Positions 1 to 10,008 of a stretch of DNA of 64,000 nucleotides are shown here, piece by piece. Origin of the DNA: Candidatus Methanoplasma sp. (lineage in GTDB: Archaea > Thermoplasmatota > Thermoplasmata > Methanomassiliicoccales > Methanomethylophilaceae). How positions within the stretch are numbered: position 1 is the stretch's first letter; each line of letters begins with the position of its first letter. Under the pieces are notes generated by a model. It did no database searches. It was not told where the DNA came from and saw only the letters and a program-made list of their open reading frames with translations. The position numbers were made by a program, and so were the translations under genes. The stretch is taken from contig JAIRPP010000008.1 in assembly GCA_031256955.1 (NCBI GenBank), forward strand, positions 161,472 to 225,471, given 5' to 3'.

Positions 1-154
1 CATCCTCCGAGATATTGGTGAGGGCCTATCGAATTGACCCCGCATACGCACAACATTCTCCCGGCGCGCCTCTCCGCTCGGGACGCGATTCCCTTTCGAA
101 CAGGAAGCTATTTAGAATCGGAGCTGGATTCATCATCCGAAGGGGGTGATGAAT

Positions 155-253
155 ATGGCATGCTGCGCGAAGAAAGATGCGAAGGCCAAACCCGCCGCTA
201 AAGAAGAAGACAAGAAGACCGAATCCAAATGCTGCGGAAGCAAGAAGAAGTGA
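155..253 (+). CDS. Small Cys/Lys-rich protein (32 aa), metallothionein-like
   Basis: Translated by hand: MACCAKKDAKAKPAAKEEDKKTESKCCGSKKK-TGA; SD-like GGGGGTGAT just upstream; T-rich stretch downstream. Below the ORF-track cutoff. Confidence 0.65.
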   Translation: MACCAKKDAKAKPAAKEEDKKTESKCCGSKKK

Positions 254-312
254 GAGCCTCTCTCGCCGGATCGGGACAAGTCTAAACCCCTTTCGATTTT
301 TTCACGCCTGGC

Positions 313-1293
313 TCATATCGAGTCGAACTCGTATCCGCCCCATTCCCTCAGGCCGGCCACGATCTCCGCCTCAGGTATGGTGAGCATGGGCTTGGGGTAT
401 CTGGCGGAGTCGTCCATGGCTATCCTCGGGCACGCCGCGTTCACGTATGCATCCACCGCGTACGGGATCAGGGCTTCGGGCGTTATCTCGGACGCGGCCA
501 TGAGGTACGCCCTCCTGCCGGCCGCCTCCAGCGCCGCCGCGATCCTCTCGGCCTCCGCGCGCCTGCTCTGCCCCGGCTTGTCGCACATTATCACCAGGAA
601 GCTCTCCGCGGGCCTGGCGGATTCGATCATGGCGAAGCGCCTGCGCAGGATCCTGTCCCTGGCCTCGTCCACCGACCCGAACGCCCCCGTGAGCGGGTTG
701 AGGACTAGCACCTTCTTCTTGGAGCCGAACGCTGCGGCCAGCGGATGGAAGTCCCCCTCCCCGAGGAAAAGGAACGCGTCGACTTCGGATTCCACGGACG
801 AGGCGGAGCTGAAGTTGCATCCCAGGACCTGCCCGGGATGGCATATCCTGCCGTCGCCGCGGCCGACCGCCACTTCCTTCCCGCAGGCCCTGAGGATCCT
901 CTCGGCGTCGGGGATGAGCCCGACGTACTGCACGGTGGCCAGGAGACCGACCCTGTCGGGGAGGGACGGCGCGGCGCGCTAGACCGCGGAAGAAATGTCT
1001 GGGGCGGCGCGGGCCTCTATGAAAAGGACGTCCCCGTCCGCGCCCATGGAGGGGATCGGGGAGTGGCCGAAGTGCACGAGCGCCTCGGCGTGGCTCTTGT
1101 AGCCCCTGAGGAGATCGCAGGCCCCGTAGCACGGATCGCCGGAGATGACGACGGACGCCCCGGACCCGCTCCTTATGGCGTCGGAGATCTCGACGGCGCG
1201 GGCCTTCAGGCCTTCGGGCAGCTGTATCGCCACCGACTTGAAGCCTCTGTCGAGGATCCACCGGACCGCGCGATCGGTCTCGAGGTCGAACAT
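313..1293 (-). CDS. dph2: Diphthamide biosynthesis enzyme Dph2 with in-frame TAG (979-981), probably read as pyrrolysine
   Basis: ORFs 979..1293 and 313..933 share a frame and are separated only by TAG; motifs QLPEGLK, CYGACD, HFGH, QVLGC, ACPR. Confidence 0.9.
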
Positions 1294-1294
1294 C

Positions 1295-1813
1295 TCACTT
1301 TACGAATTCCTGTCCGCACTCCACGTCGACGTAGCAGGGGGACGGGAGCTTCATCGCGGCCTTCCAGAGCGCAGTCTTGGCGACCGTGACCTTGTCCGCG
1401 GGGACGTACACGGTGTATATCGCCTGGTTGCGCTCGAGCCTCGCCGCGGTGCCTACGGTCTTGCCGAAGGCGCGGCGCATCCCGCTGGACACACGGTCCG
1501 CTCCCGCGCCGGTCGCGAGCTTGTTCTCCCTGAGAACCACGTGGGGGTACGCCCTCACCTTGAGGTGGTAGTTCGCCACGCCCGCCTCTCCGGAGAGGAG
1601 CTTGTTGGCGGCTATGCGGCCCGCCTCTATGGCGGTGTGCCTGACCTGGACGCGGTTCTTCACCTTGAGCGTGAGGGTGACCTGGAAGTCTGACTGAAGG
1701 TTGCCCATGTCGAACTGGCTGATCCTGCTGGCGGGGACTCCCCCCATGTATTCGCGGCGCGTGTACGCCTGTCCTGTGATCCTTCTGTACATCGATGCGG
1801 GCTTTCTTACCAT
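1295..1813 (-). CDS. rpl10e: 50S ribosomal protein L10e (uL16)
   Basis: MVRKPASMYR...YTRREYMGGVP, RENKLATGAGADRVSSGMRRAFGK; SD GGTGG before ATG 1813. Confidence 0.97.
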   Translation of the reverse strand: MVRKPASMYRRITGQAYTRREYMGGVPASRISQFDMGNLQSDFQVTLTLKVKNRVQVRHTAIEAGRIAANKLLSGEAGVANYHLKVRAYPHVVLRENKLATGAGADRVSSGMRRAFGKTVGTAARLERNQAIYTVYVPADKVTVAKTALWKAAMKLPSPCYVDVECGQEFVK

Positions 1814-2020
1814 TTGCGCCACCTGTGCGTAATATAACGGAGCGACAATCCCGAATCTCTATTTAAAGGCTGTTGCCGTCTGCCTCCTGTTTCGGGACTT
1901 TCCGCAGGTTTCAGAAGCGAGCCTCGCTGACATCGATGTGGAGGGGGGCGTGGATCCAAATGCTGGCGCCGTATGACTCGATTTATATCTAAAAAGCGCA
2001 ATCGAATCTCCAGTGGGGGT

Positions 2021-5000
2021 ATGGACCTTATACGGGATTCTGAAAAGCGCTCGGGGGGGGGGGGGGTAGCATGCATAGCGATAATCGCGCTAGTGGCAGT
2101 CGTCATATTTCTAGCAATAGATAACGGCGAAGACCAGCAAGGCTCTATATCGGAGCCTCTCGAATTGACGGTGAGCGTCCATGGAAGCGATTTCCAATGG
2201 AGCGGTCCCGCCAAAGCTACGAAAGGCGAGACGTATCTGACAGAGATAAAGTCCGTCTATGGGAGCGTCACCGCGTGCTACGTGTACATCAGCGATAGGC
2301 AACTGTCGTCGGGATACACTTTCGCTCCTTCGAACGGAGTGCTGATCATCGAGGGAGAGCGCGTCACTGGAAACATACTCATCGTCCCATTGACGGAAAC
2401 ACCGCTGAGGGTAACCCTCAATGGCAGGGACATGCCTCCCGCATTCGAAGGAAGGGAATACTCTGTACCTCTGAGCGAGCCTGGCAGAAAGGTGATGTCA
2501 TACTACGTAACCGTTTCTGGCATATTATCGTATGGCGCGATGCAACTCGATGAGCATGATCAACTGACCATCCCAGGATACCTTGTAAAAGGAGAAATAT
2601 CCATCGCCACAGTGACAGAGCACACCGACTATGTGGTCGACGTGATCGTCGACGGGTCTGCGCTGTTCGTGGGAGAACCCACAGCCAGCTACGGCACCGA
2701 CTATGTCGCGCTGGTCAAGCCCGCCATAGGATACAGATTCGCAGACGACCAACCGATTAAGGTCTCCATAGGGCGCAACGAGCCGATAGAAGTGCGCCTC
2801 TCTGACTCGCGTTCCATCACGATACCTGGGGAGGATGTCGTAGGCAACATCACCATCTTGGTTTCCACTGTGGAGGCGAAGTATGCCGTGTCCCTGCCAG
2901 CAGGGCTTGAGGGGGAGACGTGGGCGTACTGGGGCGTAGACTACGTCGCCTCGCCCAGTGACGATGGGAAATCCATCGATTCTTTCGAAGTCTTTATAAG
3001 GGGCGAGAAAGTCTTCGCTAGAACAGAAGGCGGAGCCATCGTCATCAACGGATCTGTCATATTCGGAGACATTTCGATCTCGGCATCGATATCTACGAGA
3101 AACTACGGGGTCTCCCTGGACATCATCGGGAAAGCCGACTTTCATGGAGACGCGACTGTCGCTCACGGATCTCCCTACACCGCAACCATAGACCCACACA
3201 TAGAGCGCAGCGGAAACTCCGTGAGCGAGCTGTACGATATCAAAGACGTAAAGGTCATTGTGGGCGGAAAGGCTCTGGATGGACAAACCTCGGGACACTC
3301 CGCCCGCCCGACGTCTAGCTACACATACGACAGCGACGGAACCCTGTACATACCTGGAGAGCTGATCACAGGAGAGGTCAGGATTCTCATAGATACCGAG
3401 CGTAACGCAATACGGGGCACATTGGACGGGGATGGGACGGTCATCGTGTTCAACGCAAACGGAGGCGACTTCGAAGACGGAAAGGGGAAATGGAGCATGT
3501 TCATCAAAAGCGGGGAGACAGTCCAGATTGTGCCCCTGCCCACCAGGAGCAACTTCGACTTCGTGGGCTGGTATACGGACTCGAAAACTGCAGACAAGTG
3601 GGACGGTTCCGTGAAGTCGACGACAGGCACAGCATGGGTCAATCTATACGCCAAATGGGATTCCAATCTGTATCGGAAGTACGCACCGACCGTGATCAGC
3701 GACGAGAAGGTTTTCTTGTTCAGCATGCCGAACAGCGACGGCAAGAGCGTCAGCCACATATATCATATGGCTACGTTGGACGGAGTCCTCACAGAGAGCT
3801 ACTTCAGCCCCGTGATGAGCTTCGGCGATGCCACGAATATAGAGGTGGTGAATAAGAGCGTACATACCACGACAAAAGAGAATGAAGTCACCAAATGGGC
3901 TAACAAGACCATATCCAGCAAAAACACGGTCATCGTTAATGACGGGAAGAAGACAGCAGATACGATAGGCACATACTTCAAAGCAGCCTCATTAGTGGGC
4001 ATGGTCATGAAAAGAATCCCCATCCCCTATGTCCCGGCCATAGGAGCATTTATTGAGATCGTGGGCAAAGCTGGGACGCTAGTCACCTCCCTAATATCTC
4101 TCGCATCTGAAAATGAGGAGTCGATAGAGACATGGACAACTGAATACAGCGGATGGACCAGCGTTCAGAGAGAATTCGAATCGCGCACCGATACAGAAAT
4201 CTTCTCTATCACCAACAATCTGAAATATTCCAACGCTGGAGACTGGGTGTGCTATGGCATCCTATCGACTGTGGAGTACCTTCAGATCGAAATCTATGAC
4301 CTTAATGGGGAATACCTGCGTACAGAATACACGTACAACACATGCAACTCTAGAGCAGAATGGCTGACTGCGCCCACTGCGGAAGACTATGCCAGAAAGT
4401 TCGTGAACCCAGACAAGACGCCACAGGAAAGAGTCGTGAATGATTCGAGATCGGCGGGCGGATCCGGGACCTCTACCGACCCCATACGCATCGGAGACAC
4501 GGAAACGAACATGTACCGCGACCTAGAGGTCGTGAGGAAATACCCTCAGTTGCATTATGTGCTGGAAAGGGACATAGATCTGTCTGGTCAGAAGAGCTGG
4601 GTTCCATTGCCCACTCTCAAGGGATCTCTGAACGGCAACGGGCACACCATCATAGGCCTAACCATCAGCGTGCCTTCAGGCGAGGCGAACTCTCACAGAG
4701 GGAGCGATCTCCACCTGGGCCTTTTCCTGGGCATAGACGGGACCGTCAAGAACCTGAACCTGTCGAAGTTCAACATAACCCTCGCCACGGGAAACGACGC
4801 GTACCACATGGCTTACGCCGGGTTCCTGTGCGCCTCTGGGAGCGGGAACGTGTCCAACGTGAGAGTTTCCGCTTCAAGCGCAACGATCCACTTGGATAAA
4901 TCTTCAACCGGGGGGATTGCGGGCGCATTCTACGGAACCATCTATGATTCCCGTGTGGATGATTGCAAGATGTTCTCCAACGGGGACCTCGGAGGAATGG

Positions 5001-5383
5001 CGGGCACGCTCCGCGGCAAGGCCAGCTGGTGCACGATGACAGGGGGCGAGATATATTACTTCGCTGTCAACACTCAGAGGAGCACGGGCGGGATCGCTGG
5101 CAACGCGAACGGATCTATCATCGAATACTGCAACGTGTACTTCGTGAGGTACGTGGTAGATGGCACCAACAGCCTGAAGCCCTGCCAGGGATATATCGTA
5201 GGCCACTTGATCGGAGGCACCGTCAAGAGCGTGGGGATGAGCGGCTGCGTAAAAGACCTCAGGATCACGCTAAAGAAAAGCGGGATCCTGGGGATAGGCG
5301 GGTATGACTACACGGAGAACTATTTCTCAGCGAGCTCGTGGGGGTTCGCGGGCTACATCCAAGGCAACCCTGCGATATCGTGA
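2021..5383 (+). CDS. Large adhesin-like surface protein (N-terminal anchor, repeated beta domains, Listeria-Bacteroides/Flg_new repeat, C-terminal GLUG-like domain)
   Basis: Hydrophobic N-terminus; VFNANGG...PTRSNFDFVGWY...LYAKW repeat; GSGTSTDPIRI and TGGIAG motifs; visibly lower GC than neighbours. Start at 2021 is inferred. Confidence 0.8.
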   Translation: MDLIRDSEKRSGGGGVACIAIIALVAVVIFLAIDNGEDQQGSISEPLELTVSVHGSDFQWSGPAKATKGETYLTEIKSVYGSVTACYVYISDRQLSSGYTFAPSNGVLIIEGERVTGNILIVPLTETPLRVTLNGRDMPPAFEGREYSVPLSEPGRKVMSYYVTVSGILSYGAMQLDEHDQLTIPGYLVKGEISIATVTEHTDYVVDVIVDGSALFVGEPTASYGTDYVALVKPAIGYRFADDQPIKVSIGRNEPIEVRLSDSRSITIPGEDVVGNITILVSTVEAKYAVSLPAGLEGETWAYWGVDYVASPSDDGKSIDSFEVFIRGEKVFARTEGGAIVINGSVIFGDISISASISTRNYGVSLDIIGKADFHGDATVAHGSPYTATIDPHIERSGNSVSELYDIKDVKVIVGGKALDGQTSGHSARPTSSYTYDSDGTLYIPGELITGEVRILIDTERNAIRGTLDGDGTVIVFNANGGDFEDGKGKWSMFIKSGETVQIVPLPTRSNFDFVGWYTDSKTADKWDGSVKSTTGTAWVNLYAKWDSNLYRKYAPTVISDEKVFLFSMPNSDGKSVSHIYHMATLDGVLTESYFSPVMSFGDATNIEVVNKSVHTTTKENEVTKWANKTISSKNTVIVNDGKKTADTIGTYFKAASLVGMVMKRIPIPYVPAIGAFIEIVGKAGTLVTSLISLASENEESIETWTTEYSGWTSVQREFESRTDTEIFSITNNLKYSNAGDWVCYGILSTVEYLQIEIYDLNGEYLRTEYTYNTCNSRAEWLTAPTAEDYARKFVNPDKTPQERVVNDSRSAGGSGTSTDPIRIGDTETNMYRDLEVVRKYPQLHYVLERDIDLSGQKSWVPLPTLKGSLNGNGHTIIGLTISVPSGEANSHRGSDLHLGLFLGIDGTVKNLNLSKFNITLATGNDAYHMAYAGFLCASGSGNVSNVRVSASSATIHLDKSSTGGIAGAFYGTIYDSRVDDCKMFSNGDLGGMAGTLRGKASWCTMTGGEIYYFAVNTQRSTGGIAGNANGSIIEYCNVYFVRYVVDGTNSLKPCQGYIVGHLIGGTVKSVGMSGCVKDLRITLKKSGILGIGGYDYTENYFSASSWGFAGYIQGNPAIS
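2053..2066 (+). repeat. G14 homopolymer in the adhesin 5' coding region (in frame)
   Basis: TC-G14-TAGC read directly. Confidence 0.9.
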
Positions 5384-5440
5384 GACAAATAGGCGCGAAA
5401 GGCACCAGCGGGGGCGAGCCGCCGCTCCCGCGGCCCCGCC

Positions 5441-6727
5441 TCACTCCCTCATCGACGTTATGGGGACCACGTACACCCCGTCCGGGCGCAGGTACGCGCA
5501 CGGGGCCAGCCCGGACACCACGCACAGCACCGACGGCGGCCTGGCGTTCGGATCCGACTCTATCATCTCCCTCATCCCGAGCAGGCTCTCCGCCGCCGCG
5601 TCCACCCCGTCCATCCCCAGCTTGATCTCGAACGCCCCCCATCTGCCGTCGGGCATCTCCACCACCGCGTCGATCTCGCGGCCCTTGGCGTCGCGGTAGT
5701 GATACAGCCTCCCCCCGTTCGACCCGGCGTATATCTGGAGGTCGCGCTCGCACATTGCCTCGAACAGGAACCCGTAGGTCCTCAGGTCCCCCAGGAGCAT
5801 CTTCCCGGTCAGCCCCAGCGCGGCGGCCGCGATCGCGGGGTCGGAGAGGTGGCGCTTCGGGGACTTCCCGACGCGCACCGACGAGCGCAGGTTCGGGTCG
5901 AAGGGCGGCTGGTCCTCTATCAGGAAGATCCTGGAGAGGGCGTCCCTGTATTCGGCCAGGGTGACGTCCGATATCGTCTCCTCCTCGTAGGCCTTCATGT
6001 CCCTCTTGATCGCCTGGTCGCTGGCCACCGTGCTTTCGTTGCGGGCGAGGGACCTTATCATCATCAGCATCTTCTCCGAATCGCGGGCCTTGCCGTCCAG
6101 CCTCGCCGCGTCCCTCCTGGACGCGTCCAGATATCCGGACACCGTCATGGCCGCGGCCGCTTCGTCTACGCGGAGGGCCCGGGGCCATCCGCCGCGGAGC
6201 GTCAGCCTGATCAGGTTCTCGATGGATTCGGCTCTCGGGGCCTGCGGGGGCAGGCCGGATCCGAACAGGCCCCCGAGGGAGACCGAGCCGCTGGAATCGC
6301 CAGACTCGAACAGGGACATGGTGCGCATCCGTATGGCTCCTATGCGCCCCGCCCCGCCGTGCGCCACCCCCTTGAAGCTGGGCGTGGAGGACCCCGTCAG
6401 TATGAACCTCCCCTCCCCCGGGACCCTGTCGACCTCGAAGCGGACGCCGTCCCAGATGGACGGGACATCCTGCCATTCGTCTATCAGGTGCGGCGCGTCC
6501 CCCTCCATCGCGTATCCCAGGTTCGCGCTCACCAGCGCCCTGTTCTGGAAGCCGTTGTTCGGATCCCCTATCATAATCGCGCTGTTGGAGTGGTTGAGGG
6601 CCGCCCAGGTCTTGCCGCACCATTTGGGCCCCTCTATGCACACGGCCCCGAACGCCCTCAGAGCCATGTCTATCTCGCGGTCCACCAGCCTCGGCACGTA
6701 TCCCTCGGGGGTCAGCGTCATTTCCAC
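5441..6727 (-). CDS. AAA_14 ATPase + DUF4143 protein (paralog 1)
   Basis: Walker A GPKWCGKT, LIDEWQ, FILTGS, RGGWP, C-terminal EIDAVVE...FEIK PD-(D/E)XK-like motif. Confidence 0.9.
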   Translation of the reverse strand: MEMTLTPEGYVPRLVDREIDMALRAFGAVCIEGPKWCGKTWAALNHSNSAIMIGDPNNGFQNRALVSANLGYAMEGDAPHLIDEWQDVPSIWDGVRFEVDRVPGEGRFILTGSSTPSFKGVAHGGAGRIGAIRMRTMSLFESGDSSGSVSLGGLFGSGLPPQAPRAESIENLIRLTLRGGWPRALRVDEAAAAMTVSGYLDASRRDAARLDGKARDSEKMLMMIRSLARNESTVASDQAIKRDMKAYEEETISDVTLAEYRDALSRIFLIEDQPPFDPNLRSSVRVGKSPKRHLSDPAIAAAALGLTGKMLLGDLRTYGFLFEAMCERDLQIYAGSNGGRLYHYRDAKGREIDAVVEMPDGRWGAFEIKLGMDGVDAAAESLLGMREMIESDPNARPPSVLCVVSGLAPCAYLRPDGVYVVPITSMRE

Positions 6728-6756
6728 ACCGTCTCCTCATAATCGGTTTTGAAACT

Positions 6757-6800
6757 AACTATAGTGAAAGTTCTATAGTTTGTATAGTGAATTCTCTATA
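6757..6800. promoter_or_regulatory. Two tandem palindromic operator-like sites upstream of AAA paralog 1
   Basis: AACTATAG-TGAAAGTT-CTATAGTT (6757-6780) followed by TATAG-TGAATTCT-CTATA (6783-6800); 23-bp offset. Confidence 0.7.
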
Positions 6801-6979
6801 TTAAGTATTTTATGCCATCTCGTGCGCATCCGGATCGCAAGCGATCCCCCGCGTCGCGTAGCGCGGATCCAGCGCGGGAGCCGCCCCGCCGCGGATCCCG
6901 CCTCTCGAACGGGATGGCTATGCGCCGTGCGGCGCGATCGGACAAACTATATAACGCCAGGGGGAGTGGGGGATGCAAG

Positions 6980-7297
6980 ATGTCCAAGAGGCGTATCTCC
7001 AAGGGCTCCGCGTCCGCGATAGGCAGGGAGAGGGTGGCGTCGCTGACGGCCATGTCCCTGGAGGCCGCGAGGGCCGGGGAGGCGGACCGCGCCAGGAGAT
7101 ACGTGGATCTGTCCCTGCGGATATGCATGAAGACCAGGTCCGGGATGCCCGAGGGGTTCAGGTACTGCAAGGGTTGCCTCGCGCCCCTGGTCCCTGGGGT
7201 GAACTGCTCCGTGAGGCTCACGGGCGGGAAGATAGTCTCGGCGTGCGGATGCGGCCGCGTGTGGCGCATGCCTTACATCAAGGAGAGGAAGGTATGA
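6980..7297 (+). CDS. rnp4: RNase P protein component 4 (Rpp21)
   Basis: ARRYVDL, YCKGCLAPLVPGVNCSVR...ACGCG...RMPY zinc ribbon. Confidence 0.9.
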   Translation: MSKRRISKGSASAIGRERVASLTAMSLEAARAGEADRARRYVDLSLRICMKTRSGMPEGFRYCKGCLAPLVPGVNCSVRLTGGKIVSACGCGRVWRMPYIKERKV

Positions 7298-7587
7298 CGG
7301 AAAAGGAAGCCAGGAAGGAGATAATGAGGCGCGCGAAGGACCTCGGGCCGACAGTGCACGTCGGCAAGGGCGGGGTGGACGAGGGGCTGCTGGCGGAGGT
7401 CGCGGCTCAGCTCAAGAACGCGCGCATAATCAAGATAAAGGTGCTCGGCAACAGCGACGGCGACGCGAAGGGCGCGGCCGAGGAGATATCGTCGCAGACG
7501 GATTCCGTGGCGGTCGACGTCCGCGGGGGAGTGATCGTCCTCGCGGATTCGAGGACGTGGACCTCCCTCTGCCAGAAGAAGTTCTGA
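7294..7587 (+). CDS. YhbY/CRM-domain RNA-binding protein
   Basis: PTVHVGKGGV, IIKIKVL, VDVRGGVIVL; typical neighbour of rnp4; ATGA overlap. Confidence 0.9.
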   Translation: MTEKEARKEIMRRAKDLGPTVHVGKGGVDEGLLAEVAAQLKNARIIKIKVLGNSDGDAKGAAEEISSQTDSVAVDVRGGVIVLADSRTWTSLCQKKF

Positions 7588-7599
7588 GAGGCGCATCGC

Positions 7600-8862
7600 A
7601 TGCTAGACGTCAACGCTATAAGGTCCGATCCCGAGGGGATCAGGAGGATGCTGGCGGACAGGAACAGGGACGCCGGGGCGCTGGACCGCTTCCTCTCCGC
7701 GGACTCCGAGTGGAGGAGCCTGACCGAGGAGAACAACGGGCTGCGCAGGATCAGGAACGAGGTGTCCGCCACGATACCCAAGCTCAGCGGGGCGGAGAAG
7801 GAATCGAAGATCAGGGAGATGCGCGAGGTCGGCGACAGGATCGGGAGGAACGACGCCCGCCTCGCCGAGCTGGACGCGGTCAGGGAGGACTGCGTCCTGA
7901 ACATCCCCAACATCCCCCACGCGTCCGTCCCCGTCGGAAAGGACAGCTCGGAGAACGTCGTGGTGTACGAGAGGGGCGAAGTCAGGAAGTTCGGCTTCAA
8001 GCCCAGGGAGCACTGGGAGATAGCCGAGGCGCTCGGCATAATAGACTTCGAGCGGGCGGTCAAGGTCGCCGGCAGCGGGTTCTACTGCCTCAAGGGGGAC
8101 GGCGCGAGGCTCGAGAGGGCCCTGATCAACTACTTCCTGGACATGCACCAGGACCAGGGGTACACGGAGGTGTTCCCCCCGGTGGTGGTGAACAAGGCCG
8201 CGCTCACGGGCACGGGGCAGTACCCCAACCTCAAGGACGACATGTACTGCATCGAGAAGGACGGCCTGTTCCTGAACCCGACGGCGGAGGTCCCCGTGAC
8301 GAACCTCCTGATGGACGAGATCCTGGAGAGGGACGCGCTGCCGATCATGTACACGGCGTACCTGCCCTCCTTCAGGAGGGAGGTGGGGAAGCACTCCGAC
8401 ACCAGGGGCATAATCCGCGTCCACGAGTTCAACAAGGTGGAGATGGTCAGGTTCGTGCACCCGGACTCGTCCTACGGCGCGCTGGAGGAGCTCCGCGGGG
8501 ACGCCGAGGCCCTCATATCGGGGCTGGGGCTCCCGTACAGGGTCCTGCTGCTGTGCACCGGGGACATGAGCTTCTCGTGCTCCAAGTGCTACGACCTGGA
8601 GATCTACGCGCCCGGGAAGGGCGCATGGCTGGAGGCGTCGTCGTGCTCCAACTTCACGGACTTCCAGGCGCGCAGGGCCCGGATCAAGTTCAGACCCGAG
8701 CCCCACCTGAAGAGCGAGTTCGTCCACACCCTCAACGGGTCCGGGCTCGCCCTCCCCAGGACGATGGCGGCGATACTGGAGAACTACCAGAACGAGGACG
8801 GCACCGTGACGGTGCCAGAGGCCCTCCGCGGGTACATGAGGGGCAAGGACCTGATCGGCTGA
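7600..8862 (+). CDS. serS: Serine--tRNA ligase (standard type)
   Basis: NPTAEVP, FRREVG, GIIRVHEFNKVEM, EASSCSNFTDFQARR, HTLNGSGLA. Confidence 0.97.
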   Translation: MLDVNAIRSDPEGIRRMLADRNRDAGALDRFLSADSEWRSLTEENNGLRRIRNEVSATIPKLSGAEKESKIREMREVGDRIGRNDARLAELDAVREDCVLNIPNIPHASVPVGKDSSENVVVYERGEVRKFGFKPREHWEIAEALGIIDFERAVKVAGSGFYCLKGDGARLERALINYFLDMHQDQGYTEVFPPVVVNKAALTGTGQYPNLKDDMYCIEKDGLFLNPTAEVPVTNLLMDEILERDALPIMYTAYLPSFRREVGKHSDTRGIIRVHEFNKVEMVRFVHPDSSYGALEELRGDAEALISGLGLPYRVLLLCTGDMSFSCSKCYDLEIYAPGKGAWLEASSCSNFTDFQARRARIKFRPEPHLKSEFVHTLNGSGLALPRTMAAILENYQNEDGTVTVPEALRGYMRGKDLIG

Positions 8863-10008
8863 TCAGACCTGTATCCCCTCGAACTCGTCTATCAGGGCGG
8901 ACGCGCCTATCCCGCCGCCCGTCTGGCGCAGCCTCTCCCTCAGCTCCCTGCGGCCGTCCTCCAGCGCCCTGGAGGATATGCCGTGCCTTATGGACGCGCT
9001 GGCCTCCATGTACGCGGCCATGAGGTCGCAGGCCTTTATGTCCCTGCCGGCCCTCTTCCCCCTCTCGCCGTCGTAGTCGGAGAACGGGTCGTGGACCATC
9101 GACTTCAGGTCCGCCCGCCAGCTCTCCGGGATCAGGGGCATTATCTTCATCTCCACCAGCTCGCGCTCGTAGGACTCCAGGAGGTCCGCCAGGCCCCCGA
9201 CGTTCTGCTTGACGGGGGATATGACGTCCTTGGTCAGCACCTCCGGCAGATCGTGGAACAGCGCGGTGTAGAAGTCGTTGTATATCTGCCTCGGATCCGC
9301 GCCGCGGTCCAGGTCGTTGAGGAATATCATGTCCGCCACCAGGAGGGAGTGGCCCAGCACGGTGGTCCTGGGCACCCTCGGGGTCCTCGCCCATCTGCGC
9401 TGGAACCTCAGCTGGCCTATCAGGTCCACGAAGTCGAAGGTCCTCTCGTTCTCGAGTATCTTCCCGACCCCCGCCAGGTCCTTGTGCTGGTCTATCTGCC
9501 CCCGTATCTCGGCGCGGGTCTGCTCTATGCCGTACATCGACCTGTTCGCGTCGTATATCGTGTCGAACTCCCACCTGGTGGCGAGATAGTGCGCAGCGCT
9601 CACGACGTCGTCCTCCCTGGACCGGCTCTCGCTCCGGAGGTACTCTTCCAGGCGGCGCCTGAACCCGGGGTCCGAATCGGGGACGCTGTCGTCGAAGTAG
9701 CTGAGGACGTACCTGTTGACCTCGCCCCTCTTCTCGGAGATTATCCTGTGGAACACCTGGGGCTTGAGGTCTGTCATGACCAGGCGCATTATGAACGAGA
9801 ACAGGGAGTGCTCTATGATCTTCGTCCAGTCCATGCGGGCCCCGCGCTCCGACTCCTCGTACTTCCCCAGGAACCAGGCGATGGCGGCCTTGTGCGCCTG
9901 CTTGTCGAGCTCCGTCAGGTCCACGGTGCGCAGGTGGTCGTTCCACCTGTGCATGTTGGCGGAATCGAAGAGGCAGTAGAGCAGCCTGGCGCTGAGCGCT
10001 CTGCTCAT
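8863..10008 (-). CDS. Tandem HD-domain protein (YfbR-like phosphohydrolase)
   Basis: MHRWNDH, ELDKQAHK, LRFQRRW, VLGHSLLVA, LFHDLPEVLTKD; start ATG 10008 overlaps the upstream stop. Confidence 0.85.
   Translation of the reverse strand: MSRALSARLLYCLFDSANMHRWNDHLRTVDLTELDKQAHKAAIAWFLGKYEESERGARMDWTKIIEHSLFSFIMRLVMTDLKPQVFHRIISEKRGEVNRYVLSYFDDSVPDSDPGFRRRLEEYLRSESRSREDDVVSAAHYLATRWEFDTIYDANRSMYGIEQTRAEIRGQIDQHKDLAGVGKILENERTFDFVDLIGQLRFQRRWARTPRVPRTTVLGHSLLVADMIFLNDLDRGADPRQIYNDFYTALFHDLPEVLTKDVISPVKQNVGGLADLLESYERELVEMKIMPLIPESWRADLKSMVHDPFSDYDGERGKRAGRDIKACDLMAAYMEASASIRHGISSRALEDGRRELRERLRQTGGGIGASALIDEFEGIQV

Noticed and set aside
313-1293. dph2 as a pseudogene or split gene
   Set aside because: A single in-frame TAG with no other decay, in a lineage that uses pyrrolysine and a window with no TAG stops.
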